64,000 nucleotides of DNA from Phaeosaccion multiseriatum (taxonomy: Eukaryota; Protista; Ochrophyta, other classes), in contig OZ218951.1 in NCBI GenBank assembly GCA_965112735.1, positions 4,650,001 through 4,714,000 on the forward strand, given 5' to 3'. The notes below the pieces were generated by a model, which was not told the DNA's origin, did not search any database, and saw only the letters and a list, made by a program, of their open reading frames with translations. The position numbers and the translations under genes are program-made. Shown one piece after another: positions 35,101-48,630 of the stretch. Within the stretch, counting starts at the first letter, position 1. The number at the start of each line of letters is the position of its first letter.

Positions 35101-35502
35101 TCTTTATTATTCCCTCTCCTCCCCTCTTTTCTTCACCGAGTGGTATCCGGAAGTTATGCAGATGGCGACGACTCCCCCTCGGGTGATTGCTGCACGAATC
35201 TGCAGGACGCAGGAAGTAGTCAATAGAAGAAAAGAAGAAAAGAAAGGCAAGAGGGAAAAAGGGAGTACTGCAGGGAAGACGTGAAGTGACTGGAGAGACC
35301 CTTCTGCCAAACTGCTGCGTTGCTGCTGCTGCTGCTGCTACTACCAAAATTCTCTTCTTCGAGACCGCACACATACTTTGCAGTTTTCTCTTTCAAGTTG
35401 GCTTATGGTCTGCCTATAGGCTCTGCACAAGCGTCGTGTTGGGCGGAGAGGAAGCCCAAAGGATAGGGGCACGCACACAGGATAGCGGAGAGGAGGAGAG
35501 CA

Positions 35503-38500
35503 ATGGCGCCGATCACACCTCCCCCGGCCCGAGCAGACGGAGGAGGAAGAGGAGGGGGGATGGGAGCGAGAGCAGACTGCAGCAGCAACCGCAATAGTAG
35601 CAGCAGTAGAAGTAGTAGGCTGGGGAGGGGCAAGCGAGGGAGGGGGCGTAACAACAACAGCAGCAGCAGCAGTGACAGGCTGCATCGTGTAATCGTGGCA
35701 GGCCTTTTTATATCGTGTTGTAGTACTTGGCTTCATGTGCTGCAGCCGGTCGGAGCTGGATGGATCGACCCGGACACTCCCACCAAGCATCACACCACGA
35801 TATCGCACGAAGACGGGTCTGAATATACGCTGGTGAGTAGTGTGTCGGAAAAAGGGTTCGTGCGTCTCCTGTCGCGGCCTCTCTCCATCTCTTGTCAGTC
35901 CTATCTACCCATCAATCCACCCATCCATGTCTCTCTCTTCTCTCTCTCTTTCTTTCTTTTAACTCTTCTCTTGTCCACTACCCAACTCTCTCACGCCCAC
36001 CTACACACGCGTAGAGAGAGATCCTTCCCTCACCCCAGCAGCCCCGACTGAGCCTTGACCCCGTCTGTCCCTCCTTTCCCCTCCCTCCTCTCCCCTCCCC
36101 CCCTTGGGTACCCTCCTTGGATGCTCTCCTTGGGTACCCACTCCTCAGGTCATGTCAGACGAGTTTGAGGTAGATGGGCGATCAATGGCCGATGGCGACG
36201 ATCCCATGTGGACATGTAAGTTGTTGTACACGCGTAGGCGTGCCTAGATTGCCCCTGTTCTGTTAGCGTGAGGAATTCCCCCGCCTTTTGGAGAAGCGGA
36301 AGGAGCCGTCTTCAGTCTCGCTGTTGTCTCTCTCCTCTCTCTGGTTGTGTGTTTTCTTACTTTGGACTCTCTTGTGCCGCACAAACACCTAATCGTCTGG
36401 CTTGACTCACTCACTTACTGACTGACTGAATCACTTTCCCACCCATCCACTTCCCACCCCCTTCCTTGCCCTTGCACATTTTTTAACATCCCCTCCACCC
36501 TGCCATCCCCCCCCCGGCCCCCGGTGGCCTGCCTCAGCCGTTACAAAGTCCGATGACGCCATGACGAGCTCCGGCCTTGGAGCGCAAGTGTATTACAACT
36601 CGTCGCACTCCACCACCAGAAACGGTCAGTCACGGACTCACGGAGCGGGTGGCTGAACTGACTGACTGACTGACTGACTGACTGAATGACTGGGATGAAA
36701 CCGATGGAGCAGTTGAAACTGGTTAGACGTGGAGCTGGAGCTGGGCGTCTTGAGTTTGAGTTTCCCTTTTGTCGCCCTCTTGTCCTCTCCCCTCTCCTCC
36801 GCTATCCTACCCTACCCTGCCCTATACCCTATGTACTCTACCCTATCCTACCCTACCATCGCTCGCCCTTTGTCGTGTCGTGTCGTGTGGAGGACGCACA
36901 CGAACACACAGCGCAAGCAGATGATTTGAGGGACGTCGAGGGGTCTTCATTAGACCCTGACACTGAAACTGTCCCTCCTCCCCTCCTTCTCTCCCTCCCC
37001 CTCCTCCTCGTCCTCCTCCACCACCACCACCCCCTCCTCCTCCTCATCGTCCTCCCCAACACAGGTAGCCTGGTGATAAAGACGACCCCGGACGTGACCC
37101 AATGGAGGGGCTACAATCCTTATAAGAAGAAGTACGAACAGCTCAAGAAGTAAGTGCCAAGAAGCTGCTAAGAACCTCCTCTCCTCTCCTGTCTTGTTTC
37201 CTCTCCTCCACCCTCCTTTCGTCTCGTCCTCTTCGCTCTCCTCCCCTCTCCTCACCACCCCTGCCCAGCAGTAAGAGCAAATGGGTTTTAAAGGGTGCGG
37301 AGGAGGATGAGGAGGAGGAGGAGGAGGAGGAGGAGGAGGAGGGTTTTCGCATGTGAGATAATCTTAGTGGTCCTTCAGTTTTTCTCTGCACCAAACTCAC
37401 CCTCCCTCTCCTCCCCTCTCTCCCTATCTCTCTCCCTCCCTTCCTCCCTTCCTCCCTCCCTCCCTCCCACTCCACAATCCCCAAAACCATCCACCACCCA
37501 CCCCTCCTCATGTATTACATAGATACTACCGCTCCTCCATGGTGAACACATGGAACAAGTTCTGCTTCACGGGCGGTATCATTGAGATGAATGGCAAGTT
37601 GCCCGGTAAGGCGGATGTGGGCGGTCTATGGCCGGCCTTTTGGCTCCTCGGAAACCTAGGGAGGGCGACCTTCGAGGCCTCTACGAACCTCATGTGAGTG
37701 CGTGCGTGTGTGCGTGTGTGCGTGAGGGCGTGATTGTGTGAGTGAGGGCGTGCGTGACCTGTCTTACTTGTCTGTTGCTTGCTTTCTTGCTGGCTTGCTT
37801 TGCCTTCCTTGCTTCATAGGTGGCCCTGGAGTTACAATGTGTGTGATAGGAAGCTCCAGCGAGCTCAGGAGGTGCGTAAACAGTGAACAGCAGACCCGTC
37901 GAAAGGATGAACAACACACAAATATGGCTGTATCCCCAACTACTGTTCTTCCCATCGCCAACTGCTGCTGCTGTAACACTCACCGCTGCTGCTGGTGTAT
38001 CACCAACTGCTGTACCAACCAACCAACCAAACCAACAGGTGAGCGCATGCAACGGCGTCAAGCACTTCAACATGCACGCTCACCAGGGTCGAGGCTCCAC
38101 AGAGGTGAGTGGATTCATTCATACCATTCGAATCGGACGCTTTTAGTCACGGCTGTACAGCAAAGCACTTTCGGTGGTGCTGTCCACAGCCTCTGTTGCT
38201 TCTTACATCTCTTTGACTCGCTCGCCCCTTGTGGACTGTAACGGTCGTAACGGCTCTAACGGCAGATCGACGTGCTCGAAGTCATGACGGGCAAGACCGA
38301 CCCCAAGGAGATTGCCAAGAAAATGCCGGGGGGGGGGCTGCCCTACGCATCCACCACCCTGCAGGTTGGAGAGGGGAGGGAGGGTGGGTGGGTGGGTGGG
38401 AGAGATGGAGGGAGGGAGGGAGGGAGGGAGGGAGGGAGGGAGAGAGTAATGTGTGTGCTTTTTGTCTCTGTCTTTCGTCCGACCAACCGCCTGTCTTATC

Positions 38501-41500
38501 TGTATCATTCTCGATGCCGCCATCCACCCATCCATCCACACATCCTCTACCGGACCCTCCCCACCCTCCACCCCCACCCTCTCACCACCCCCCCCCCCCA
38601 CACACACACACACAGCTCGCCCCCGGCCTGCCGGATCACCGCCCCATCGGCGGCGAGCTCATCGACCACTCAAAGATGACGTGGTACAAGAACCTTCGCT
38701 ATGGGCCCAACTCGACTGAGAATTGGCGTTTCTACGGCATGAGTGTGGACAAGACGAGTCCGCAGGAGCCCGTCTTCCGTAGTGCCGATCAGGTACATCG
38801 TATATGTATGGTCAGGGATGGGAGATGGAAGGTGGAATTGAATGGACTCTAGCCCTGGCCTCTCTCTCTTTCTCTCTTCTCTGTCTCTGTCTCTGTCTCT
38901 CTTCCCTCTCGCGCTGCCCCTCTCTACCGGCCTGCTCCATCTCTCTCTCTCTTCTCCCTCGCCCTCCCCTGCTCTGCCTCTCAAAGAGATGAGAGTACTG
39001 ACATAATGGACTCTCCTCGCCACTCTCCCTCTCTCGCCCTCCCGCCCTACCCCCCTCCCCCTCTCCTCTACTCTCTTTCTCTTCTCTGTCTCCACCTCTC
39101 TTCCTCTACTCTCTCACTCTACCCATCGACCATCGATACCGAATAGGCCTATTTGGCTGATGCTCTATCGGCACTGACGAAGCTCTCTGATACGCACTTC
39201 GAGGACATGCACAAGTGGAGGTGAGGAGAGGAGAGAGAGAGTAAACAAGTAGAGAGAGTGGATGAGGGAGAGGGAGAACGAGGAGAGTAGAGGGAGAGTG
39301 GACGAGCAGAGAGAGTGGATGAGGGAGAGGGAGAACGAGAGTGGATGGGGGAGAGCGTGAGTGAGGGAGTGATTGCGTGAGGCATTTTACCTGACTCCAA
39401 CCCCTCTCTCCCTCCAACCTGTATCACCAACTGCTGTACCCAATAGACTGGAGTGGATGCCCGGCAAGGGCGGGTACCTGCGTTGGTACCTGGATGACTT
39501 GCTCCTCTTCGCCGTCGACGGGTCCTCCCTTGAAGAACTCATGGGAACCATGGTAAGCCAATCCCGTAGTTTGTCAGTCGCTTAGCTGGTTAGTCATTTC
39601 AGCAAGCTGGTTGGACACTGGACTAAGAGACGTTCGAAGCAAGCTGTGGTGAGTCACGTCGCAGAAAATTGATGTCCTTCCCTGCCCTGCCCTCTCCTTC
39701 CTTCCTCCCGCACTCCCCCTCTCCCTCTCTCCCTTTCTCCCTCCCTCTCTCCCTCCCCTCCCTCCCTCCCCTCTTTTCCTTCCTCCCTCCCCCCCCATCA
39801 GATCCCCGAGGAGCCATCTTACCTCATCCTCAACACAGCCGTGTCCACTTCATGGGGCTTCCCCCCGCCCCCCATCACGTGCGCCTCGGCCTGCTACGAC
39901 TGCAACGACAGGTGAGTGTGTGCATGCTTGTGCGCATGCGCGTATGCGTTGTGTGAGTGTGTGCTTGAATGTGTGTGCGTGTGTGTGTCGTGGGTGGGTG
40001 CGTGGGTGGGGGTGGGTGCCCTCCCCCCTCTTATCTTGTCCTCTCCCCCTCTCCCTCTCTCACCTCGAATCGCTGCCCTTGCACTCTCTCTCTGTCTCTC
40101 TCTCATGTGGTACAGCAAATGTCGCTGCGGGCTCCCCCCGGGCTTCTGCGCCACCCTCCCTGCAGAGTTCCTCATCGACTACGTTCGCGTCTATCAGGTG
40201 CCTATGCGCTAGTTAAGAGGCCCTCTCGTCTTTAGTTAGCATTCCCTGTCTCCTCTCTCTCGTCTCTCTCTCCCTCTCCCTCGGTCTGTCTCTCTATCTC
40301 TGTCTCTCTATCTCTGTCTCTGCATTTCTCTCTCTCCCTACCTCTCCCCCCTCCCTCCCTTTCCCCCCTCCCTCCCTCCCTCCCTTCCTCTCTCACCCCC
40401 CCCCCGCCGCCGCTCTCCCTCGCCCCTCCCTTTCTGATGAGCGCAGCATGTGAACGAGACTCGACAGACAGTGGGCTGTGACACGCCAACGCACCCCACT
40501 CGCAAGTTCATCAAGGCCAATCTTAACCGGTATCTGTACATGGTGAGAAACTCAAACCTCAAACTGAGACTGACAAGCAAAGACTGGCAAACAACGAAAT
40601 GAGACTGAGAGCGAGACCGGGATCCGCCTTTCCTTCTTCCCCTGAAGAAAAAGGCCACCCGACAGCTTGCACAGGAAGGAGCTCGCTTCCCCTAATTCCT
40701 CTATTCATGCACTTCCTCCCTTTCCTTTCGTTCGTGATCTCTCTTGCTCCCCGTTCAGGCGGACAAGGTAGCTCTGAAGAAGCTCAAGATCGGAGGGGGC
40801 GACTGTGAGTCCACATCCGATTGCCACCACGGAGTGTGCAAAAGGCGCCAATGCCACTGCTTGGATGCTTACGTTGGGCCCCACTGCATGGTACGCGTAC
40901 ACACATCATTCATTTATCGCATGCATACATACACACACACCATCACATGCAAAGTGTACACCACTCATCGCATGCATACGTATGCATACGTACACGCACA
41001 GCATCACTAATGTATACCCCACTCATCCATGAATACGCACACCATCATGACATCTTAGCACTCTCATCCTTCATCCTGTCTCTTCACACCACGTGGGCAC
41101 CGCCACTACTCCTTCGCATTCTCATTCTCATCCTGTCTATCCAAGTGCTAGTCAGTCAATGAATCGCACAGCTCCATCCAGACGTACGAGCGTTGTGTGG
41201 TGTGTGACAGACGCCCTCCTCACCCTCCCTTCCCTACCCCCCGCCCCACACGCTCACACACGCACACACCCACACATACCCGATCACGCACCCACTCACC
41301 CCTACCCACACACACACACACGCACGTGCGCACGCACACACACACCGCCATCTGTGAATAGGTACCACACTATCATGACGACTTCGTGCTGGACAACGGC
41401 TCTGGCGAGTGGGAGATTAGAGGCATGCAGGTAAACAAGCCAGCAACAACTCCCTCTCACTCTCGCTCTCTCTCTCTCTCCCTCTATCTCGTTGGCTCTC

Positions 41501-42021
41501 TCTCTCTCTCCGTGTCTCTCTTCTCGCTCCATCCGCTCTGTAAACGGTCTACTAATCTGAAACTGTCTGCTAAACCTGTAACTGAAACTGCAACAGGTGC
41601 CCATGGCCCTCGGGGTAATGGCGGCGGTATTGGCGATAGGGGTGGTGGCGGCAATGGTCGTAGTGGGGCTACAAATACGCAAGGGCAAGGAGGGATTCGG
41701 ACACGAGGTGAGGGAGGGAGGGGGAGAAGGGGGAAGAGGAAGGAGGGAGAGAGTGGGCGAGGGGGAGAGGAGGAGGTGGTAGGTAGGTATCTTTGTTCGT
41801 TGTCGCCTCTTCTCTGTTCCAAGTCGTTCTTTGTGGGCCCCTCGGTCGGTAGGTAAGGGCGTGTAAGGCCGTTTTTATGCTTTGTGCCGCATCATTGTCA
41901 GATTTTCTAACCACCCTTTTGATTACTGCCCCCTCCCCTCCAATCCACTGCCATCTTTGTTTTTTGTTTATTAGTTCGTCCCCTTAACCAGGCGGACAGC
42001 GGTCCAACCTGGGCGCCGATA
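35503..42021 (+). CDS. KRE6/SKN1 family GH16 beta-glucan transglycosylase (TGS-like, chrysolaminarin branching), many exons; 3' end approximate
   Basis: WIDPDTP, VMSDEFEVDGR..ADGDDPMWT, SSMVNTWNKFCFTGG, GGLWPAFWLLGNLGRATF, catalytic GRGSTE|IDVLE, LEWMPG..GYLRWYLD, IPEEPSYLILNTAVSTSWG, FLIDYVRVYQ, an EGF-like Cys stretch and a C-terminal TM helix. Confidence 0.9.
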
Positions 42022-42865
42022 GACAGACAGGCAGATAGACACACAGACAGAGGGGGAGAGTGAAGAGGAGAAATAGAGAGATAGAGGCAGAGAGAGGGAC
42101 AGAGAGGGACAACAACACGGGATAGAGAGCTAGAGATCGATATGCGCACATGACTTCCTGTCTCGAGTGGGTCAAGGGAACGCGATATAGTCCCACCGCA
42201 GGAAGCAGGCAGCGCCAGAAAGCATGCGCACACGGAGCAGGAAGGAAGAAAGGGCGGGACTCTTGCTTCGTTTGCATCATACGGTTCGTATTTGTTCATT
42301 CCAAGTTTTGTGTGTGTGGGTCACACTCCACCATTTGGTGCCATCTATAGAAGTGTTTGCCGTGAGAGAGGCAGGCAGCAAAGGCACAATACAGTGATAC
42401 AGTGCATGCTCTCGCTATTTGTAAGAAAGGTCACTTCACTTCCTTCTTTCATGGTTTTGGGATTGGGATCACCCATGTTGCTCGCGGCCTTTTGTTGTGC
42501 CTTTCTCGTGCTCGTTGAACCTGGGCAGCCACCCTCCTTCATCCGTCCACTTACGGCGTTTTGCTCTTTGAAGAAGGCGACGGACCCGGATGGGATGATG
42601 CAACAAGCCGCTGTGGTCAAGCAGTTTTTCCCCTGGGCAGAATAGGCGGTGCGGGCACCCGCGGTTGGGAGCGCTGCATGACGTCGAGCGGAGGCCTGCT
42701 CGGCGCGCCACTCCGACGGCCCGCGCAGGAAAGGAAGTTTTAGGCATACTGCTGCTGAATGCGATGAGATATTCAAGTGGCGAAAGGTGTCCAGTAAGGC
42801 TTTGTCCGTTCCTTTCCATCGCTGGATGTGCCAACAGCCAACGCCACGCACAGATACACACACAC

Positions 42866-42901
<36 letters not shown>

Positions 42902-43132
42902 CTCTCCCTCCCTCATCTCTCCATCTGGCAGAAGAGCTGATGGGGGGTTGGATGGGATGGGGTAGGGTGCTCTTGCTCAGCTTTATTCCATCTCATGCAC
43001 CTGACAGACCAGTTCAAGAGGCTGCCCTGCCCGGCGCTACCCTGCTGCCCCGCCGTGTATCACCAACTTCCCTACCCTGCCCTGTATCACCCACTACCCT
43101 GCCCTTCTTTCGGTGTTTGCTCTCGCTCTCAG

Positions 43133-43180
<48 letters not shown>

Positions 43181-43671
43181 GCCTTAGGCCCCCTCTCTCA
43201 CTATCTCTCCTTCAGCCATAGGCTTTGCTGCCACACCCCAAGACCCTAGGGGAGCAGGGGGGGTTATTGTTTGGGTCAAGGCCCCCATGCCCCGGTGCTG
43301 GTGACCATGACTGTTACGGGCCATAAAAGGGAGCTCTCCCACTCGGCATGCAAACAACAAACGAAAGCTCCTGCTGCTACTGCTGGTGCTGCTGCTCCTG
43401 GTGCTGGCGTTGGTCCTTCTGCTACTGCTGGCACTGGTGATTCGTCTGTTGGTGCTGGCGCGGACACGCTGGTGGAGTCTGTTGAGAAAGACAGATGGCC
43501 GGAGCATTGATCAAGCAGGCCAAGTCTTGTAACTCTCCACCCTTGAAGCCTAAAAGCGGCTTGGCCGAGAGTTTTTTCCGTGACCGAGGGGTCGCAGGGT
43601 CGAGTCATCACTCGAGTGATGGAGTGATCGCGCCTTTCGAGTGGCAAGGGTAGCGAACAAGACGTTTCGCT

Positions 43672-45456
43672 CTACTTGCTACCGGTGAGGGTGAGGTCCA
43701 CCAGTATCTTCCTGCTGACACTCCCACTACTGCTACTGCCGCCACCTGCGCCCCTTCTCCTCAGCGCAGCAGGCAGGTCCTCAATGGAAACCCTCTCCAT
43801 GTCCGCCCCCTGGGAGTGAAGCGCCCCCTCCTCCACAAGCCTCGTCAGCTCATCCAGCATGGTCACACGCGCCTCCCTCCCGGCGTGCTGGGCCCATCGA
43901 CTGAGCCAAAAGCCTCTCACTTGCACATCATTGAAGATGAGGGACCCCGTGGGCATCATCACAGGCTGGCGACTCATCCCACCATACGTGACGAGAGTGG
44001 GAGTGGGAGCGGCACCTCCTCCTCCCCCTCCTTCCCCTCCTTGCCCTTGTCTGTCTCCACCTCCTGTGAGAAAGCTGGCGACGCTGAGTGAGCTTTTGCC
44101 TCCGACCGCGTTGAGACCGAGCAGAGGGGCTCCTCTTCCTCCTCCGAGCTCCTTCAAGACACGTTTCCGCTCCCCTCTGACCTCCTCCTCGGTGAGCACG
44201 ACCGTAGCGCCCAAGTTTAGCAGTTGGTCCTTCGTATGTTGGGTCTGTTGAGGGTCTGCTCTTGCTCGGATGATGTTGATAGAGTTTATGTTTCTGGCTT
44301 TGCAGAGTTGAATGACGTAGCGGCCCACAGAGCTAGTGGCGGCATTTTGAACCACCGTGCTTCCCTCTACACAGGTGTATGTATGAAGTAGGAGAGGAGA
44401 GTGGACATATGGAAGTCATAGAGAACAGGAGAAGAGAGCGGGGGGGATGGGCAGAGAAAGGGGAAGGGAAGGGAAGAGGAGGGAAGGAAGGGAAGGGAAG
44501 GGAAGGGAGAGAGCGGAAGAGAGACACGCGGTAGCACGGGGGCAGAGGGGGCGTGAAAGGGTTATGAATCAGGTGAAGTCGTCTTCATCACCCTCCTCAC
44601 TCTTCTCCAGCTCCTACATGACCAGCGGTGACAATAACCTAGGGCTTCACCACTACTAGACTCTGGATACGGTCACCCTGTAGCTCCTATAGTACGTAGC
44701 CCTTTGTACCTAACGTACGTGGTAGGTGAACGAAGTCCTGCAGCATGCGAAAGGCAGAGGCAGGGTTGACGGCGAGTGTGGCGGCCATCTCCACGGGCAA
44801 GCTCGACGCTACCTTGAGCAAGTCCTCCTCCTCCCCAATTGCGTGCGTGCGCCAGGTGCCTGTGTGGGGGAGGACGGCAAAAGTTCATTAGTGCCGTTGT
44901 TCTTGCTGCTGTTGTTGTTATTATTGTTCAGCCAGCAAATCGCGTTTCAGGCAGGCGCTGTGGGTGGAAAGAAGGAGAAGGGAGAAGAAAAAGACTTTTG
45001 ATGGCATCACTCACCGAACGCCAGCCCCGCCGGAAGTACTCTGTCTTTAGGCTTGAGCGTGCCAACGTCGCCGCCCACACGCACAACCTCCGCGACACCC
45101 TCATTCCCTCCCACTGCCGGCTCCTCCCATGCCTCCCCTCGCCCCACACCTGCGCACTGCTTAGGCTTGATAGGGTAGACTCCCTGTATCTGGTTTACGT
45201 CTGCGGGGTTGACTGGCGCGGCTAGGAAGCGCAGCAAGACTTGTGTTGGTTTGAGACAATTTTCATCTAGCTCTTCCTCTCGGATCTGGAGGACGGATCC
45301 AGGCTCCCCGTGTTGAAGGTACACAGCAGATAATGTATGGAGGCCATGGAGGAGTCCTCTGTGGGTGGTGGTGGCGGATCTCTTCACTACTGCGTGCCTT
45401 CTATGCAGGGATGAAGCTGCTACAGAAGCCAAGCTTCGGAGGCGCGACCGAAACAT
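43672..45456 (-). CDS. MECR: Mitochondrial trans-2-enoyl-[ACP/CoA] reductase, 3 exons
   Basis: Arg/Ser-rich presequence MFRSRLRSLAS, LAAPVNPADVNQIQGVYP, VGGNEGV, VNPASAFRMLQDF, VQNAATSSVGRYVIQL, LVTYGGMSRQP and RGFWLSRW. Confidence 0.93.
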
Positions 45457-45749
45457 GCTGTCAGAGGGGAATAGTGAAGGGTGACAACCCACACCTCTTC
45501 TCCTCCACGCCAACCTCTTCAGGGAGAAGCTTGGAAGAGGACGAAGAGAGGAAAGGAGAGGTTGAAGGAAGCTCACGTGGTGGTGATACGTAGTTTTCTG
45601 TGAACCGGATCCTCGTCCTATTTTTTTTTTCTCGTCTATTTGCTTGCTTGCTTGCTTTTGACGCACGACACGCCTTCTTGTTGCGATTTGTTTTATTGCG
45701 ACCTCAAGTACATTTTTTCCTCAAGGGCCTAGCGTATAATAGAATCGCG

Positions 45750-46504
45750 ATGATGAAGGCAGGGATCTTCGCCGCTTTTCTCAGTGTCTGGCATGCTGAG
45801 GCCTTTGTTTTAGGTGGCTCTGGACTGCAGCATTGGCAGACGAGGGACGTGGCCGTAAGCAGTAGACGCAGCAAGAGCAGTACCACCCCCAGCAGCAGCA
45901 GCCACAGGAGAAGTAGAACCAGCATGAGCAGCACGAGTGCACAAGAGGACAGGACGGCGGACTACGCACTGTACGGTACTCAAGGCTCGCGTTCACCGCT
46001 CGTCAACTGGTACCTTTACGAGCACGACGTTGCTTTTGACTTCAGAGACGTGGCCATTCCTGAAAATAGAGAAAGGTTGGTGTCCTTCCTCCCCTGCATA
46101 TGTACGTTGTCCTTCTGCTTCTTCTTCGAAGCTTCTGCAAATGCAAATGCATGTGGCAAGCTGGAGGCCAAACACCAAATCGAAGACCATCCGCTCATTC
46201 TGCTTCACACTGCAATTTGCCTCCTTCCACACATCCAATCTCTCTATCCACCTGACACCCCCAACCACGTGCACGTGCACACACATGAATCATCCTTCGC
46301 ATCCCTACCTGGGCTCTCTACCCAATGTCCACCCCACCGAGCAGCAATCCACACCCTTTCCGCCAGGTGCCCTGTCTCGTGCACCTAGACGGGCTTGTCG
46401 AGCCCATTCACGAGTCGGGTGCCATCCTCATCTACCTAGCGCAGAGGTTTGGGGAACTCCAAGAGTGTTCTGACGAGGACAAGATTGAGGTGAGTGAGAG
46501 CGTG

Positions 46505-46543
<39 letters not shown>

Positions 46544-48062
46544 TTTGTGTGTGTGTGTTTGTGAGTGTGTGCGTCTGTGTGTGTTTGTGAGTGTGTGTGT
46601 TTGTGAGTGTGTGTGTGCGTGTGTGTGTTAGAGGGGGGTGGGGTTGTAGGGATGGTTGATGTGGTGAACATGGATGATGGCGTGGGGGAGGGAGAAGTGT
46701 GGAGCAACCAAAGTCCTTTCAGCCCGCCGCAACCAGTCCTGCACCGCACAATCTCTTTTACTACCTTGACTGCTACCACCTTATCAACCCTGCATTCCAT
46801 CCCTCCCTCCTTCAAATCATCAAGTGGGTTATGACTGATTCGACTGTTATCACTCCCCCCCCCTTCCTTGCCATCAGGTGATCAAGTGGGTGATGTGGGC
46901 CAACTCTTCGTTGGATCCCGTCCTCTTCAAGGAGACACCGGAGGTAGGTAGGGGAGGGGAGGGAAGGGGGGGAGGGGAGAGAAGAGGGAGGGAGGGAGGC
47001 GGGGAGGAAGGGGACGGAAGGAGAGAGAAGGGAGACAGAGAGAAGGAGGCAGAGGGAGAGAGGGGGAGGCAGTGAGAGGGGTGGAAGGCACCCTCTGTCC
47101 TGACACCCTCTCCTGACTCTCCTTCTCACCCTCTTCCCTGACGCCCTCTGTTCTGACTTTCTCTCTCTCATTCTCTGTCCTGACTCTGCCTCTCTCTCAC
47201 CCTCTCTCCTGACACCCTTCTATCCTGATTCTCTCTCTCCCTCTCACCCTATCCTGACTCTCTCTCTCTCACACCCTCTGTCCTGACTCTCTCTCACCCT
47301 CTGTCCTGACACCCTCTGTCCTGACACCCCCTGTCCTGAATCTCTTTTTCTCTCTCTCTCTCACCCTCTGTCCTGACACCCTCTGTTCTGACACCCCCCT
47401 GTCCTGACACCTCTCTCCTGACACACCGCACACAGGGCAAGGTGTTTGACACGGGTATGCGAAAGGACCCCAAGGAGCTGTGGCTGCTTGAGGCCCTGTT
47501 CGACGCTAAGCAGGACACTGACCCTGGCAAGGAGGAGTGGATGGCAGGGCCTGACTTTACCTGCGCTGACGTGGTGAGTGAGTGGGTAGGTGGGTGGGTA
47601 GATGGATTGGTGGATGAGGGAGGGAGGGAGGGAGGGAGGGAGCGAGGGAGCGAGGGAGGGAGCGAGGGTGGGAGGGAGTGAGGGAGGGAGCGAGGGTGGG
47701 AGGGAGTGAGGGAGTGAGTGACTGAGTGAGTGGGGAGGTGAGTGAGTGCATGATTGATTGATTGATTGAATGAATGAGTGAGGCTTGGTGATTTTTTATT
47801 CTTCGATGCTATGCTGCTAAGCGTATAACCTCACACCAAAACATTATGTCGATGCGCTCCATATTGATCGTCGACATGGCGACAACAGGCGGTGGGTGCC
47901 TACCTTCTCTACGTACCCCAGTTCTTCCCCGACGTGAGCGCGAGAGTGAAATCCAAGTACCCTGCCCTTGCTCAGTACATGGTGCGCTGCTGCTCCAGGC
48001 CCGCCTACGCCAAGGCCTATGGACAAGAGCTTGTCGACCGACTAAAGAGCTTGCTCACATGA
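45750..48062 (+). CDS. Glutathione S-transferase family protein with bipartite plastid-targeting presequence, about 5 exons
   Basis: Signal peptide ending AEA|F followed by a Ser/Arg-rich transit region. Then GSRSPLVNWYLYE, NPHPFRQVPCL, HESGAILIYLA, KWVMWANSSLDP, FTCADV|AVGAYLLY and YM.RC.SRPAYAKA. Confidence 0.85.
47088..47425. repeat. Intronic minisatellite of ~16-bp CACCCTCTGTCCTGA units; the reverse complement recurs at ~59455-59545 and ~59908-59985
   Basis: Directly visible in GST and ABC1-kinase introns. Confidence 0.8.
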
Positions 48063-48454
48063 CCGACGACGACTAATGAACGATGCATGAATGACAAATG
48101 GCCATAGATGGATAGATATCATAGATAAATAGAATAACAAAGACTCTTCGCCAGACACCAGCAGGGAAGCAGCGCAGCAGGGGCAGGACAACAAGACAAC
48201 ACAATGAAATCGCAAAAAAAGCTGCTGTGCTGTTCGGCGTATTAAAAGGGCTTTGCAGACAAGCACTTTTTGTGCCTCTGACGTACTTGCTGTCGTCTTG
48301 TCTCTATCTCGCGGTGCACGCACGCGCACACGCGCATCTTTCAGTGACAACAACTCACTAAGTCATCATTCATCGTTCATTTACATGTGAGGAAGCAACT
48401 CACTCTCTCCACGCACCGCACCGCACCGCGTCAAAAGAGCATGACCACAGAAGC

Positions 48455-48630
48455 ATCGACTATCGACTATCGACACACAGAGTATGGACTATACCACAGA
48501 AGTATCGACTAAGGACTACAGGGTAGTCGAGAGAGCATGGATTGTGACTGTCGACTTACCGACTATCGACCATCGACTTTCGACCATCGACTTTCGACCA
48601 TCGACTTTCGACCATCGACTTTCGACTATA
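48455..48630. repeat. TCGAC-based 7/14-bp tandem repeats (CATCGACTTTCGAC)n
   Basis: Directly visible between the convergent GST and UGT 3' ends. Confidence 0.85.

Noticed and set aside
42345-42899. AP-endonuclease/LINE-like remnant (LLDTFRHL)
   Set aside because: Only a single short motif, with no other supporting residues.
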